Below, piece by piece: positions 30,201 to 39,216 of a stretch of DNA of 57,632 nt. The notes under the pieces are model-generated. The model was not told where the DNA came from. It ran no database searches and saw only the letters and a list, made by a program, of their open reading frames with translations. The DNA is taken from the NCBI GenBank assembly GCA_002482775.1, contig DLGQ01000045.1, positions 33,242 to 90,873 of the forward strand, in the 5' to 3' direction. The translations under genes and the position numbers were made by a program. The number at the start of each line of letters is the position of its first letter. Position 1 is the first letter of the stretch. Origin of the DNA: Flavobacteriales bacterium UBA7690 (GTDB lineage: Bacteria > Bacteroidota > Bacteroidia > Flavobacteriales_F > PHOS-HE28).

Positions 30201-33200
30201 TAATCTGGCCCTTACCACTTCACTGCAAGCGGGTTCTTCTTACACCTGCACAGTGTTCGCAGGTCAGTACTCCGAAGGGTATGCGGCTTGGATCGATTAC
30301 AACGACGATGGCCAGTTCGACAACCTGACGGAGCGGATCGGTTATTCGGCCGGTCAAGTCACAGGAAGCGGTCAGGTAGGAGTCCTCGGCTCCAGCGCCA
30401 GCTTCCCGATCGTCCTGGGTTGCGATCCTCCTGAGGGTCAACACCGTCTTCGCGTTCGTGCGATGTTCGCCACGAACGGTATCGATGTGACGGCCTGTGG
30501 AGATAACGCCTTCGGTGAAGTGGAAGACTACTTCATTACGGTGCTCCCACCGCCTGCTTGCCCATCGCCATCGGGTACCGTTGCTTCCAACATCACCGCC
30601 AGTTCAGCTGATCTGGATTGGGTGATCGGATGCACGGAAACCGATTGGGAGGTTGAATATGGCCCTGTTGGATTCGTGCTTGGCACGGGTCTAACCGAGC
30701 CTGCCACCGGTACCCCAGAACTTAGCCTCAGCGGCCTGTTCGCTGGCGTGAACTACAGTGTTTACGTTCGTGCGAACTGCGGTGTTGACGGTCTAAGTGC
30801 GCCATTCGGTCCATACAACTTCCGGACCTCACCGGTCAACGATGACTGCCTGAGCGCTGCGGTGCTTACGGTGAATACGGGTGTTGCTTGCACGGCGCAA
30901 ACGGCAGGTACGATCCAAAGTGCAACGGCCTCCAGTGATGTGCTCACGCCATGCTTGGGTGCGGCTGATGATGATGTATGGTACCAGTTCGTTGCTACGA
31001 CCTCCACCCATACCATCACGCTGAACAACGTGGCTGGTAGCACCACGGACCTCAACCACGCTGTTTACAGTGGGGTGTGCGGTTCTTTGGTGAACCTGTA
31101 CTGCAGTGAGCCGAACAACAGTATCGCGACCGATCTGCTGGTAGGTGAGACCTACCTCGTACGGGTTTACAGTGCTACTGCGACCACCGGACAGAACACC
31201 ACCTTCAACATCTGCGTGGCGACACCTCCACCGGCACCTCTGAACGACAATCCTTGTGGTGCGATCGCTCTGACGCCGAACACGGTATGTTCCTTCAGCA
31301 CGTACACCACGGAGTGGGCTACCGCTACGAACGGTCCTCCTGCACCAGGCTGTGCGAACTATGTTGGCGGGGATGTATGGTTCACAACGGTTGTTCCATC
31401 CAATGGTACCCTACGGTTCGATTCGAACACGGGCGTGATCACTGATGCTGGAATGGCCATTTACAGCTCCAGTAACAACACCTGCTCTGGAACGTTCACG
31501 CTGATCGAGTGTGATGATGATGACAGCGCCAATGGTAACATGTCTCGCATAGACCGCACCGGATTGACCCCTGGAGCGACCATCTTCATCCGTTTCTGGG
31601 AGTATGGGAACGACGCGCCTGGAACCTTCCAGATCTGCGTTCGTACGCCTCCACCTCCTCCAGCGAACGACAACTGTGCCGGTGCTGTAAGTCTGGTGGT
31701 GAACACTGGTCTTACCTGTGCTGTACAAACGGCCGGGACGCTGGAAAGCGCAACGGATTCGGGTGTGCCTGTAACGCCTTGCACGGGTGGTGTTGATGAT
31801 GATGTTTGGTACAGCTTCGTAGCTGGATCCACGCAGCAGATCATCACGCTCAGCAGTGTAACTCCTACCACGGCGATGCGCATGCAGTTGTTCGGCGGTG
31901 CCTGTGGCGCGCTGACACACGTGAGCTGCGGTACCGTGGATAGCTACACAACACCGAACACCCTCGTTGTTGGAAACACATACTATGTGCGTGTGTACAG
32001 CAACGTGGCAACCGCCCAGACCACGACGTTCAACATCTGCGTAACGACGCCGCCGGTAGGACCTCCTGCCAACGACAACTGCGCTGGTGCTACGGCTCTA
32101 ACGGTGAACGCCGGACAGGCCTGCACGAGCCAGACCTTCGGAACGGTGTTCGGCGCAACGGCTTCAGGTCTTGCGGTAGCACCATGTACTGGAACTGCGG
32201 ATGATGACGTGTGGTACTCCTTCGTTGCAACAGGCAACGCCCATACAGTGTCCCTCAGTGGTGTTGCAGGTAGCTCCACTTCCATGAACTTCGGAGTGTA
32301 CAGCGGCACATGCGCGGGTACGCTGACGAGCATTGGATGCGGTGCGACGGGTACGGCCCCGACCCAGACGGTGATCAACCTCACGGCAGGTAGCACCTAC
32401 TTCGTGCGGGTTTATACCAACACGGCCACGGCGAACCAGAACACGACGTTCAATGTTTGCGTGACGTCACCACCTGCTAACGACCTATGCGGAAATGCGA
32501 TCGCATTGAGCTGCAACAGTGTGGTCACTGGCACTACCACCGGAGCAACGGATGTTGGTGAACCCGCCACTTGCGGCACCTACACCAATAATGCTTCACG
32601 TGGAGTCTGGTACACCGTCCAAGGCTGGGGTGGTCCTATGACCGCTAGCCTATGTGGTTCGAGCTATGACACGCAGGTGGCCATCTTGACCGGAAGCTGT
32701 GGAACATTCACCTGCGTTGCTGGTGATGATGATGGCTGCGGTGGGATCGGAGTGCCAAGTCGTGTGACGTGGACCTCTGTTCTAGGCACTACGTACTACG
32801 TGTACGTCACTGGCTGGTCTACCGCCAGCGGCAACTTCACGTTGGCTACGACTTGTGGTTCTACCACACTGCCATGCACCGCGAACGGCTTGAACCTCGA
32901 GTTCCAGAACGCTGCTAACGCGAACCAGATCACCTGGGAGATCCAGAACGAAGCAGGAACGGCAACGGTGCTTAGCGGCGCTGATCCGATCCCTTCGAAC
33001 GCGATCGGAACACAAGGTCTGTGCTTGCCAGATGGTTGCTATCGCCTCCGCATCCTGGATAGCGGTGGAGACGGTATGGTCGGCGGTACGAACTGGTCCG
33101 TTGGTGGATACACTCTCCGCACGGCTGGAACGAACCAGAAGATCATCGACAACCAGTACAACTTCAATGGTGTGTTCAATGGAAGCTTGAGCGCGATCGC

Positions 33201-34338
33201 TAACGGTGGCACGTTCTGCCTGCCACTGGGCACCGATCGTCCGATCTTCACCAGCTGCGACAAACTGGATTGGGTCGCCAACAAGTTCATCGTTGCTACG
33301 CCGAACGCGGACGTTACCGCACAGTTCGGAGTTACGAACAACAGCAGCGGTTACGAGTTCTGGTTCTTCGATCCGAACGGTAGCTACAGCTTCCGCCGCT
33401 TCCGTAACCATGCTACGAGCGACGGTGCTGGAACGGGTGCCACCCGCGCCTGCCACCTGCGTGTCAACGGTTGGGTGAACGGTGTAACAACACCTCACTT
33501 GCCATTGAACACGTTGCTCAATGTGCGTGTACGCGGTCGTGTGGCTGGTGTGAACCAAGCCTTCGGTCCTGCTTGCCTCTTCAAGATGGATGCAGCACGT
33601 GCTGCCTGTCCGTTCACGAAGTTGCAAGACAATCCTGCTGACGCGGACTACAGCTGCGGAACGACCAAGAACTTCGGCGGGGCTAACAGTGCCCTCAACA
33701 AGATCGTGGCCGTAGCTCCACAGCCCGTGCCAACGGTAGCAAGCACCAGCGTTCGCTACCAGTTCCGTTTCCGGATCCCTGGTGAATACCCGAACCCCGG
33801 TAGCTGCATCGTTCGTCCCGTGCAAACGAGCCCGACGTTGTACATGAACTGGGCCTCTGGCGACAAGCTGAAGTGCAACACGCAATATGACGTGGAAGTA
33901 CGCGTAAGCTTGAACGGTGGTGCAACATGGTGCGTCGCTAGCTCGGATCCTACCTGCGCAACGCCACAGTCCATCGTGACCTGGGGTAAAGTGTGCAGGG
34001 TGAACATCCAGAGCAGCACCTTCTGCCCAGCTGAGGCACAGGGTGGAGCAAGCAACCTGGCGACAGGTGCAACTGGTGAACTCACCATGTATCCGAACCC
34101 GAACCGTGGCGATCAGCTCTTCGTGAGCTTGAGCCAGGTAGAGGAAGGCGTGAACACGGTGAACGTGGACATCTTCGACATGGCCGGTAAGCGTGTGATG
34201 GCTCGTACCATCGCCGCCCAGGACGGTTCGTTGAAGACGAACATCGAACTGAACGGTGACCTCGCAGGAGGTATGTACATGGTCAACATCACCGCTGGTG
34301 ACAAGACCTACACCGAGCGCTTGGTGATCCAGCCGTAA
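24205..34338 (+). CDS. Giant T9SS type A cargo/adhesin-like protein (3377 aa) with Fn3, GEVED and repeat modules
   Basis: Signal peptide TSA/Q; three GEVED-type motifs (GETEDY, AVEDY, GEVEDY); about five Fn3-like units; about seven PAND-x-C modules; CTD MYPNPN...GMYMVNI...RLVIQP. Confidence 0.92.
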   Translation: MSICKTRPSPTRRTRWWRNGVLLGALLALGITTSAQVTIPGANTNNGSVNDPFGCFFGFERSAMIYTPAEIAGTGSITAVGFYVNSVSTPSNATDVRIYMKERNTLFTATSTYATETTGATLVYGPTTISGASLTAGQWYTVTLSTPFNYTGGANNLEVIVETNFGGGGGESGTGKQFRYTTQASNQFYQNWNADTSAPTGNGTRSTSRPNIQLTGIVVPPCTLPPSGVSLTSFTSTSANFSWTAGGSPANVGYEWELRSSGAAGSGATGLVASGAPGTGVTTASSGNILTPNTSYNFYVRGACTGPTFSPWTAAVPVYTGYCISTSTASGTYVSNFTTTGAPTNITNASGAWSATGYGDFTAQSVSQSANLAVNFSAAFVGTTLGFAIWVDWNNDLDFADAGETVYNTAAYVSSAASSFIIPNGTAVGNYRMRIRADFNASSPAACANIARGETEDYTLTVIPPPSCAAPTAVNTPNVSYDGATIAWTCASCTGSYIVEYGLTGFTPGTGASAGVGGTIWTGAPVAGSPVTLTGLSSLTGYTVHVRQDCGVNGYSLNAQTSFTTLCSPLVAPIAENFASGTGTTPPSCWTNPLLSGGERWAFATTPLTGNYPSPVNDPTSGNTRVAWIDASSDVLVNELTTPYIDRSALTSTTAGFKFLSNNTNNAILHTITMDVWNGTAWVNMITYSGNNAAWIPLEAVVPGGIPTITRFRIVAVRNPAGTTADYFYNDLFVDDFFVAETPSCFAVTGVGATAGLNNANVSWTCAGCTGTYIVEYGAPGFTPGTGATAGVGGTIWTGAPVAGSPVTITGLAASTGYAVHVRQDCGVGGFSANTLGSFTTQTPGQIGTGTATNTLLPINTCFGNNYSQQIYLASEYNTPANSYITSVRFYYDNGGTTVANWSNWTVFMANTSKSAFTSTTDWEPFANLTQVFSGTVNPVAGNWMEVTLTTPFLWDGTSNILVAVDENLNSFSCTAAWRSYTASGARGLIYYSDGTNPDPASPPASTITPTSTLAQVQFGGTTPPSCFPPSGLALVSSSLTSLSASWTAQGNGVDYNWEVRTSGAGGSGASGRVDFGTTAGTNFSTGVALASNTNHFVYVQTNCGVDGTSTWAGPLNVFTGYCTPNAATLDPGGITNVVFSNVENPTGPDNEAGGYADYTSAIGAVTAGQVVPVTITYETGFVYGTTIWVDWDNDLTFEPSEQMFTGLTASNAIPSVLNASITVPGGQAVGNYRMRIYGADFNAPTGPCVSESYIAVEDYTIAVCATATATIQVNNDCAEDEYSLEFTASSLSSGTVVYTVDGGAPQIATLIGVGTLIGPFSDTSVVAVTVVDGLCSTFIGSYYSTCPRELVCGAAPTIVSYCYENNDTRTWTFENTEVGGTVALKFLSGSMESNDNVSFWNGLPNTTPATPATGTGSLTSLGVINSTGNILSMSISSGASNSCADGGAGLGAGWQFQVRCGGCSEPVGFLSVDENEVGQPTIDCSVAPGSFNAFLFVEDFGVDAVTSLPPTTVGYRLFVNNTLTATVTGLTVDSFPDWRNIGTFPVGSVIGVELLHGGQSACNIELTDVTVPYSACPPANDACATATELTINTLANCPANATVGTTLGADQSGDAPTCQAGVQDVWYMVNTTGFATPRLSITDGSSEVVGVQIFNDCLTPQGYCSADLTAFSFLNLNLAQGIYYIRVFTTVANAGTFSICVSSPGPAGYECDGAVSIPSLPVTDQAMACTSEPAPGLLNSTTVPTVCGGSVSYTNGQEALYTFTPTLSGEHTISYTGQTWTAIFVYEGACPTNNGVCVGGYSDTGSEKSLTVTLAAGTTYYLWFDTWPAPDSPCPGTFSISVPCSGTPAPGNTISSGGTVVCEGRSFTLSLQNDVSGGGISYQWESSTDGGANWNPDGPTTATWTTSITTATQFRAVVTCASSGFSGTSTPVSLTLDALANCPCLPVTTYGCADGDVIARVILNTLDNNSGTGCPSDPVPGNTSIAGGEGPGYSDYTGNLALTTSLQAGSSYTCTVFAGQYSEGYAAWIDYNDDGQFDNLTERIGYSAGQVTGSGQVGVLGSSASFPIVLGCDPPEGQHRLRVRAMFATNGIDVTACGDNAFGEVEDYFITVLPPPACPSPSGTVASNITASSADLDWVIGCTETDWEVEYGPVGFVLGTGLTEPATGTPELSLSGLFAGVNYSVYVRANCGVDGLSAPFGPYNFRTSPVNDDCLSAAVLTVNTGVACTAQTAGTIQSATASSDVLTPCLGAADDDVWYQFVATTSTHTITLNNVAGSTTDLNHAVYSGVCGSLVNLYCSEPNNSIATDLLVGETYLVRVYSATATTGQNTTFNICVATPPPAPLNDNPCGAIALTPNTVCSFSTYTTEWATATNGPPAPGCANYVGGDVWFTTVVPSNGTLRFDSNTGVITDAGMAIYSSSNNTCSGTFTLIECDDDDSANGNMSRIDRTGLTPGATIFIRFWEYGNDAPGTFQICVRTPPPPPANDNCAGAVSLVVNTGLTCAVQTAGTLESATDSGVPVTPCTGGVDDDVWYSFVAGSTQQIITLSSVTPTTAMRMQLFGGACGALTHVSCGTVDSYTTPNTLVVGNTYYVRVYSNVATAQTTTFNICVTTPPVGPPANDNCAGATALTVNAGQACTSQTFGTVFGATASGLAVAPCTGTADDDVWYSFVATGNAHTVSLSGVAGSSTSMNFGVYSGTCAGTLTSIGCGATGTAPTQTVINLTAGSTYFVRVYTNTATANQNTTFNVCVTSPPANDLCGNAIALSCNSVVTGTTTGATDVGEPATCGTYTNNASRGVWYTVQGWGGPMTASLCGSSYDTQVAILTGSCGTFTCVAGDDDGCGGIGVPSRVTWTSVLGTTYYVYVTGWSTASGNFTLATTCGSTTLPCTANGLNLEFQNAANANQITWEIQNEAGTATVLSGADPIPSNAIGTQGLCLPDGCYRLRILDSGGDGMVGGTNWSVGGYTLRTAGTNQKIIDNQYNFNGVFNGSLSAIANGGTFCLPLGTDRPIFTSCDKLDWVANKFIVATPNADVTAQFGVTNNSSGYEFWFFDPNGSYSFRRFRNHATSDGAGTGATRACHLRVNGWVNGVTTPHLPLNTLLNVRVRGRVAGVNQAFGPACLFKMDAARAACPFTKLQDNPADADYSCGTTKNFGGANSALNKIVAVAPQPVPTVASTSVRYQFRFRIPGEYPNPGSCIVRPVQTSPTLYMNWASGDKLKCNTQYDVEVRVSLNGGATWCVASSDPTCATPQSIVTWGKVCRVNIQSSTFCPAEAQGGASNLATGATGELTMYPNPNRGDQLFVSLSQVEEGVNTVNVDIFDMAGKRVMARTIAAQDGSLKTNIELNGDLAGGMYMVNITAGDKTYTERLVIQP

Positions 34339-34370
34339 GGCCGGGATATCCGATCCGAGCTACTTGAACG

Positions 34371-34402
34371 AAAGCCCCCTCCCGATCCGGGAGGGGGCTT
34401 TT
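34371..34402 (+). terminator. Intrinsic terminator after the giant gene
   Basis: AAAGCCCCCTCCCG-ATC-CGGGAGGGGGCTTT-T. Confidence 0.85.
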
Positions 34403-35039
34403 CGTGTTCTGGAACAGGTGCGCCCCAGCGATCACTAGAGGTCAACGGCGAGGTTCAGGCGGGAGGGAGCGCGGCAGTCCAGCATGTGCGCCGGCTCAAG
34501 TGATGGTCAGGTCCCATATGCCAGATGCTATCGGGATAGAAGAAAGTCTGGTCTTGCTGTATCTGCCAAGTTGGGGCCATGGATCACAGCGGACCACCTT
34601 TTCCGGACCTTCCAGCTTGAACTGTGACTTGTGCCGTGCTGCGTTCGAATGCATGGTCGAAGAACCCCTACGGGCTCTTGATGATCGAGCGGGATGGGGG
34701 AGGATGAGCATTCACTTCGTGCATCGAAAAGCACAGGTCGCACCTTCCGGTATGTGGGGTGAATGCGATGCGTTGCACAGCAAGTGTTGATAGGTCAAGT
34801 CGTGTATGCGTCGTCCACCCTGAGCGGCCATGTTCAATTGCTCCGAAGCCAAGTTGATCGTCCTCTATGGAGGCCTGCGCCAGCATCAGGTGTCGAACCT
34901 GTTCTGGACCTTGAATGGATCTTTCCGTGGTTGGAAGGGAGTGAAGGTTCCCAGAAGTTCGGCCGATCATTATTGGTATTGAACCACTGGTCTGGCACCC
35001 GGCCCCGGGAATTGTTCTGCAAGTCCAGGGCTGCGTTCA

Positions 35040-35415
35040 TCACCAACTAGCAACGATGGAACAGCAAATACACAGAGCACCGGATCATTTTGCCCGGCTA
35101 ACGCGTGATCCGCGTCCTGGAGCACCGTAAACCCGTGCGATCATGGCCCAGGATGATACGCAAGGGCAACGGCATGGAGTTCATCTCATGCAAGCGTGAT
35201 CATTGGTGCAAGGCGAACAAGATCACCTTGGCCTACCGCCAACCCGGCGAACCAACACAGAAAGTCTGCGTGGAACACTTCAATGGCAGCATGCGTCGCG
35301 AAATGCTCATCGCATCTGTTTTCCGCACTTTGAGCGAAGTAGAGAAGCCGAAGATGGATGCTCGACCGCAACGATCACGTACCACGCAAAGCGCTTGTTC
35401 CCGGGACACCAGTGC
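35040..35415 (+). pseudogene. Degraded IS3-family transposase (integrase core, C-terminal part)
   Basis: VIRVLE...PRMIRKGNGMEFIS...WCKANKITLAYRQPGEPTQKVCVEHFNGSMRREML...FRTLSEV, then frameshifted WMLDRNDHVPRKAL..TP. This matches IS3 DNGxEF / QPGKPTQNAYVERFN / YNxxRPHxAL with the catalytic Asp lost; no inverted repeats seen. Confidence 0.85.
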
Positions 35416-35908
35416 AAGTACAACCCTGAACAATGCCCCGGGATCTCTAGTAATTATCGGCCTTAGTGCTGGAGTAGCACCTAGGAACAGGAGCACGAAC
35501 TCGTGCAGCACCTTTCGATATCCAACTCGAAGTCGGGGCCGTAGTTCGTATGCGCTCGTGCTAGGTCAGATACGTCTGGATCGCCGAGATGAACAGCTAC
35601 GGATCTCTGGCCAATGGTCATGAAAGAGATCCATGCACTGTTCTCATGTACGTCATTCCTGGCAGCTCCATTCGGGAATGTCTTCCAAGGGAGGGAGCTT
35701 CGCAGATGACCATGCTGCTGAATACCGGACATGGCTAGCCCATGCCTATGAGTCCAAGGCCATGTGCTGAACACACCAGTGGACTGCACCGCGTGAGAAT
35801 ACCTGCCAACCCTTACGCACATAGGGAAGAACGCTCTGGCCCCCTTCACGCATGATGAAGTATGGGATCGACCGTTAGGCTGCAAGCCTTCGATCAGCGA
35901 ACCCCACC

Positions 35909-38900
35909 TTACTGGCGAACGAATGCAGCGAAACCCACCGGTGTTCCTGAGCGATCATGAACGACCAATCGGTACATACCAGCGTCCAGGTTGGAAAGGT
36001 CGAGCGATGCGTGTGGCGCACCCTTGGCGATGGTCGTATTGAACACTTTCGAAGTGCGACCTGCAGCGTCCACGATCCTGAATTCCAGATGATCGTCGTA
36101 AACCTGGTCCAAGGTGATGTGAAGGATATCGGTCGTGGGGTTCGGTGCTACCAGGATGCCGTGATCCCTGTTGTCCATTCGTGCGCTTACCACGGGAGAG
36201 GTGAGGGAAGTGCCGTCATTGTCCACCATGATGACGCGGTAGAAGTTCTGGCCTGTCCGGGGAGAGCGGTCCTCGAAGTTGTAATTGGAAACGGATGCGG
36301 AATACCCTGCTGCTGCGAGCGCGCCAATTGGCTCAAAGGTGACAGCATCGGGTGATCGCTCTACGATGAAACGATCAGAAGATGCTTCGCTAAGCGTATG
36401 CCAGGAAACCATGACCGTGTTGGTCAATGAGGTGGCCTCAAGGTTGATCAGTTCAATGGGCAGAAGGGTGCAATCCAAGGAGGCACCACTGGAGAGTTGC
36501 CATGTCAATTGGAATGGTTCTGTCGTAGCCAAGAAATTATCCACATAGAGGATATAAATGCGATCAGCGATCACGTCGATGGGCTCGACCCATCCATCGC
36601 CATTAATACTCTCGCTGGTATCGTCACCAACATTTCCAGCACCGGTATTGTAACTGCCGGTCGCGCTGAACGTGCTAAAACGGGACGCATAACTACACCG
36701 CATGGGAGGAGCATTCGGTGGGCAGACCACCGTGGTCATTGGTCCCCAAACGGCAAAATCGTAGTCCACATCCGTATCTGGATCGATGGTGAAGCCGACC
36801 GAGCCGCTGGCGCTGGGAGAGAAATAGTACCATGTGCCTTGTTGTTCACCACTTTGGAGACAGTCCTGGTTGGCGGTGTTCAGATCATTGATGTTCCCGG
36901 AGTTGCCACTGTTGTTGGAGAAAGTCTGGGAGTTGCACAACGTGAATCCGCCTTCACAATCCTGTGGTGCTGCTGGTGGTGGCGCGCAGTCTACGACTTG
37001 GCCGAACGAAGCCCCCGCTGTGGGAAAAGTTCCAGAATTGAAGAACGAACCACCTCCAAGCAACCCAAGGCGGTAGCTGTTCTCCCCTTGAAAGGGACCG
37101 GAGGCATCGTAACTCAATTCAATGAAGTCACCGATCATCATGCCCAGGAGAACTTGGGTATCCGAACCGCCCACCGTATAGTAGGCCCAAGCACCACCAT
37201 TGATACGGACACCAACATTGGAAGACCCCCATCCATCACCCCAACTGTCGCTCAAGTTCAAAGCATAGACGCAGTCCCCACTGGGCGGTGGAGGCGGGAT
37301 GTGCGCACAGATGGAGAACGTACCACCTACGGTGCTGTTCCATCGCCAGAACCGCACCCAAATGGAAGATGTGGGAGCAAGTCCGGTCATGCTCAGGTAG
37401 GGCATTGCGCTGGCCCCAGGCATCCCGTCATCATCGCAAAACTGCTGCACCATGGTACCGGAGCAGTTCGGTGCGGTGTAAACGGCCATCCCTCCATCGG
37501 TGATCGTGCCGGCGAACGTTTCAATGATCACCGAGCCGCTAGCAGGCACCACGATCCTGAACCACACATCGGTCCCGATGTAATCGGCGCAGGTGGGTGC
37601 AGGAGGGCCTGTAGTTGCCAGTGCATTCACGGTGGTGCTGCTCGTACTGACACAAGTGGTATTCACTGGTAGTAGGGTGGCTCCGCAGGGGTTGTCGTTC
37701 GCAGGTGGGGGCGGGGGTGTTGTGGCACAAATGCTGAAGGTGCCACCACTTGCTCCGCCACGTGGCCAGAAGCGTACATACACGGTGGAGCCTGGAGTTA
37801 GTCCACCGGCTGTGACCTGGGGCATCAGGCCATTGGCACTATCATCATCATCACAATCAACCAAGGTGAATGTACCACTGCATCCGGTGGCCGTGTACAA
37901 GGCCATGCCACCATCGGTGATGCCCCCCGTGTTGGTATTCACGAGCAGGTTGCCGGAAGCTGGCACTACGATGGAGAACCAAACATCGTTGCCAGCGTAG
38001 TTCGCACATGGCGGGGGCGGCACGGCCGTGGTGCCAGTGGAGTTGGTCGTGGTGCTCGATGTATAGGTGCACGAAGCGTTCACTGTTAATCCTACAGCAC
38101 CGCATGGGTTGTCGTTCGCTGGTGGTGGTGGTGGTGGGCCGCAGGCGATCGTGGCCACCCATCCCGCTGCACGTGTGGTGCCGTCCGAGGTGAATCGCAG
38201 CGTAAGGCACCCTGTGATGTCATTGGAGGTGATCGGTCCTGGAATGGTCGTGCCTGAGAACGTGCCGATGATCGGTGCTCCCACTGATGGTCCATTGTGG
38301 ATGTAGACGAAGTCGTAGCCTGCTTCAGTGGCGAAGGCCGAGAAGTTGATGGTCACCACCTGGCCTGCAACAGCAGGGCAGAACGTGATCGTGAAGTTGG
38401 CGTTGTTCGGGTAGTTGTTCGTTCCGCCCGGATCCATGGAAGTGGCACCGCAGGCAGGGGCCGGAAGTGGCGGGGAGAACGCGCAAATGGTGAATGTCCC
38501 GTTGTTGTCCGCGTTGTATTCCCAGAACCGGATATACACGGTGCTGCTCGGCGCCAGTCCTGACCGGGCGATGTACGGCATAAGCCCGTTGGCGCTATCG
38601 TCATCATCGCATTCGATCAAGGTGAAAGGGCCCGAGCACGAAGGGGCGGAATACAGGGCCATTCCACCATCGGTGATCACGCCCACATTGGAATCGATGA
38701 TCAATTGTCCACTGGCGGGAACCACAGCGGTGAACCAGACATCCGCTCCGTTGTAGCTGGCGCACCCTGGAGCCGGTACGCCGGGAGTGGCAGTGGCTGC
38801 AGCGGTGGTTCGGGTGGAAAGGTTGCACGCCACGCCCACCGGAAGTGCGATGGCACCGCAGGGGTCGTCGTTAGCAGGCTGTGCGAAGAGTTGCGCGGTC

Positions 38901-38986
38901 GAGAACAGCAGCAATGCCGCGGTGGAGGCCAGGTGGATCCCCGCGCTGGTCCCACGCTCCATGGTGAAGTCTGAAGTACATTTCAT
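35909..38986 (-). CDS. T9SS type A cargo protein (~1025 aa): repeat modules, one CUB-like domain, Cys-rich core, CTD
   Basis: Signal peptide LFA/Q (start 38986 or 38962); three PAND-x-PC modules; FATEAGYDFVYIHNG CUB-like segment; CTD VAPNPT...GMYRLVV...FVRQ. Confidence 0.9.
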   Translation of the reverse strand: MKCTSDFTMERGTSAGIHLASTAALLLFSTAQLFAQPANDDPCGAIALPVGVACNLSTRTTAAATATPGVPAPGCASYNGADVWFTAVVPASGQLIIDSNVGVITDGGMALYSAPSCSGPFTLIECDDDDSANGLMPYIARSGLAPSSTVYIRFWEYNADNNGTFTICAFSPPLPAPACGATSMDPGGTNNYPNNANFTITFCPAVAGQVVTINFSAFATEAGYDFVYIHNGPSVGAPIIGTFSGTTIPGPITSNDITGCLTLRFTSDGTTRAAGWVATIACGPPPPPPANDNPCGAVGLTVNASCTYTSSTTTNSTGTTAVPPPPCANYAGNDVWFSIVVPASGNLLVNTNTGGITDGGMALYTATGCSGTFTLVDCDDDDSANGLMPQVTAGGLTPGSTVYVRFWPRGGASGGTFSICATTPPPPPANDNPCGATLLPVNTTCVSTSSTTVNALATTGPPAPTCADYIGTDVWFRIVVPASGSVIIETFAGTITDGGMAVYTAPNCSGTMVQQFCDDDGMPGASAMPYLSMTGLAPTSSIWVRFWRWNSTVGGTFSICAHIPPPPPSGDCVYALNLSDSWGDGWGSSNVGVRINGGAWAYYTVGGSDTQVLLGMMIGDFIELSYDASGPFQGENSYRLGLLGGGSFFNSGTFPTAGASFGQVVDCAPPPAAPQDCEGGFTLCNSQTFSNNSGNSGNINDLNTANQDCLQSGEQQGTWYYFSPSASGSVGFTIDPDTDVDYDFAVWGPMTTVVCPPNAPPMRCSYASRFSTFSATGSYNTGAGNVGDDTSESINGDGWVEPIDVIADRIYILYVDNFLATTEPFQLTWQLSSGASLDCTLLPIELINLEATSLTNTVMVSWHTLSEASSDRFIVERSPDAVTFEPIGALAAAGYSASVSNYNFEDRSPRTGQNFYRVIMVDNDGTSLTSPVVSARMDNRDHGILVAPNPTTDILHITLDQVYDDHLEFRIVDAAGRTSKVFNTTIAKGAPHASLDLSNLDAGMYRLVVHDRSGTPVGFAAFVRQ

Positions 38987-39216
38987 TTGGCAAGCGTTTG
39001 GCTGACTTCATTGAAATGGAGAGTTTCGAATGTATCGCCTTGACCGGTACCAGTGGATGATGCCTTCGCGGAACGAGGCCTGAGGAGAATGGACGTTGGA
39101 CCAGGGCCATGTAGAGCACTACGGCTGCGCGAATAGAAAGGTCGCGATGGACCAATGTCCTTTCGGGCCGACGTGGTTGGGAGAAGTAGAAGGAGGGTAG
39201 AACGTCTATCCATGTA

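Noticed and set aside
34404-35050. Short ORFs between the giant gene and the IS relic, and 35481..35885
   Set aside because: No recognisable motifs or signal peptides; treated as decayed or non-coding DNA.
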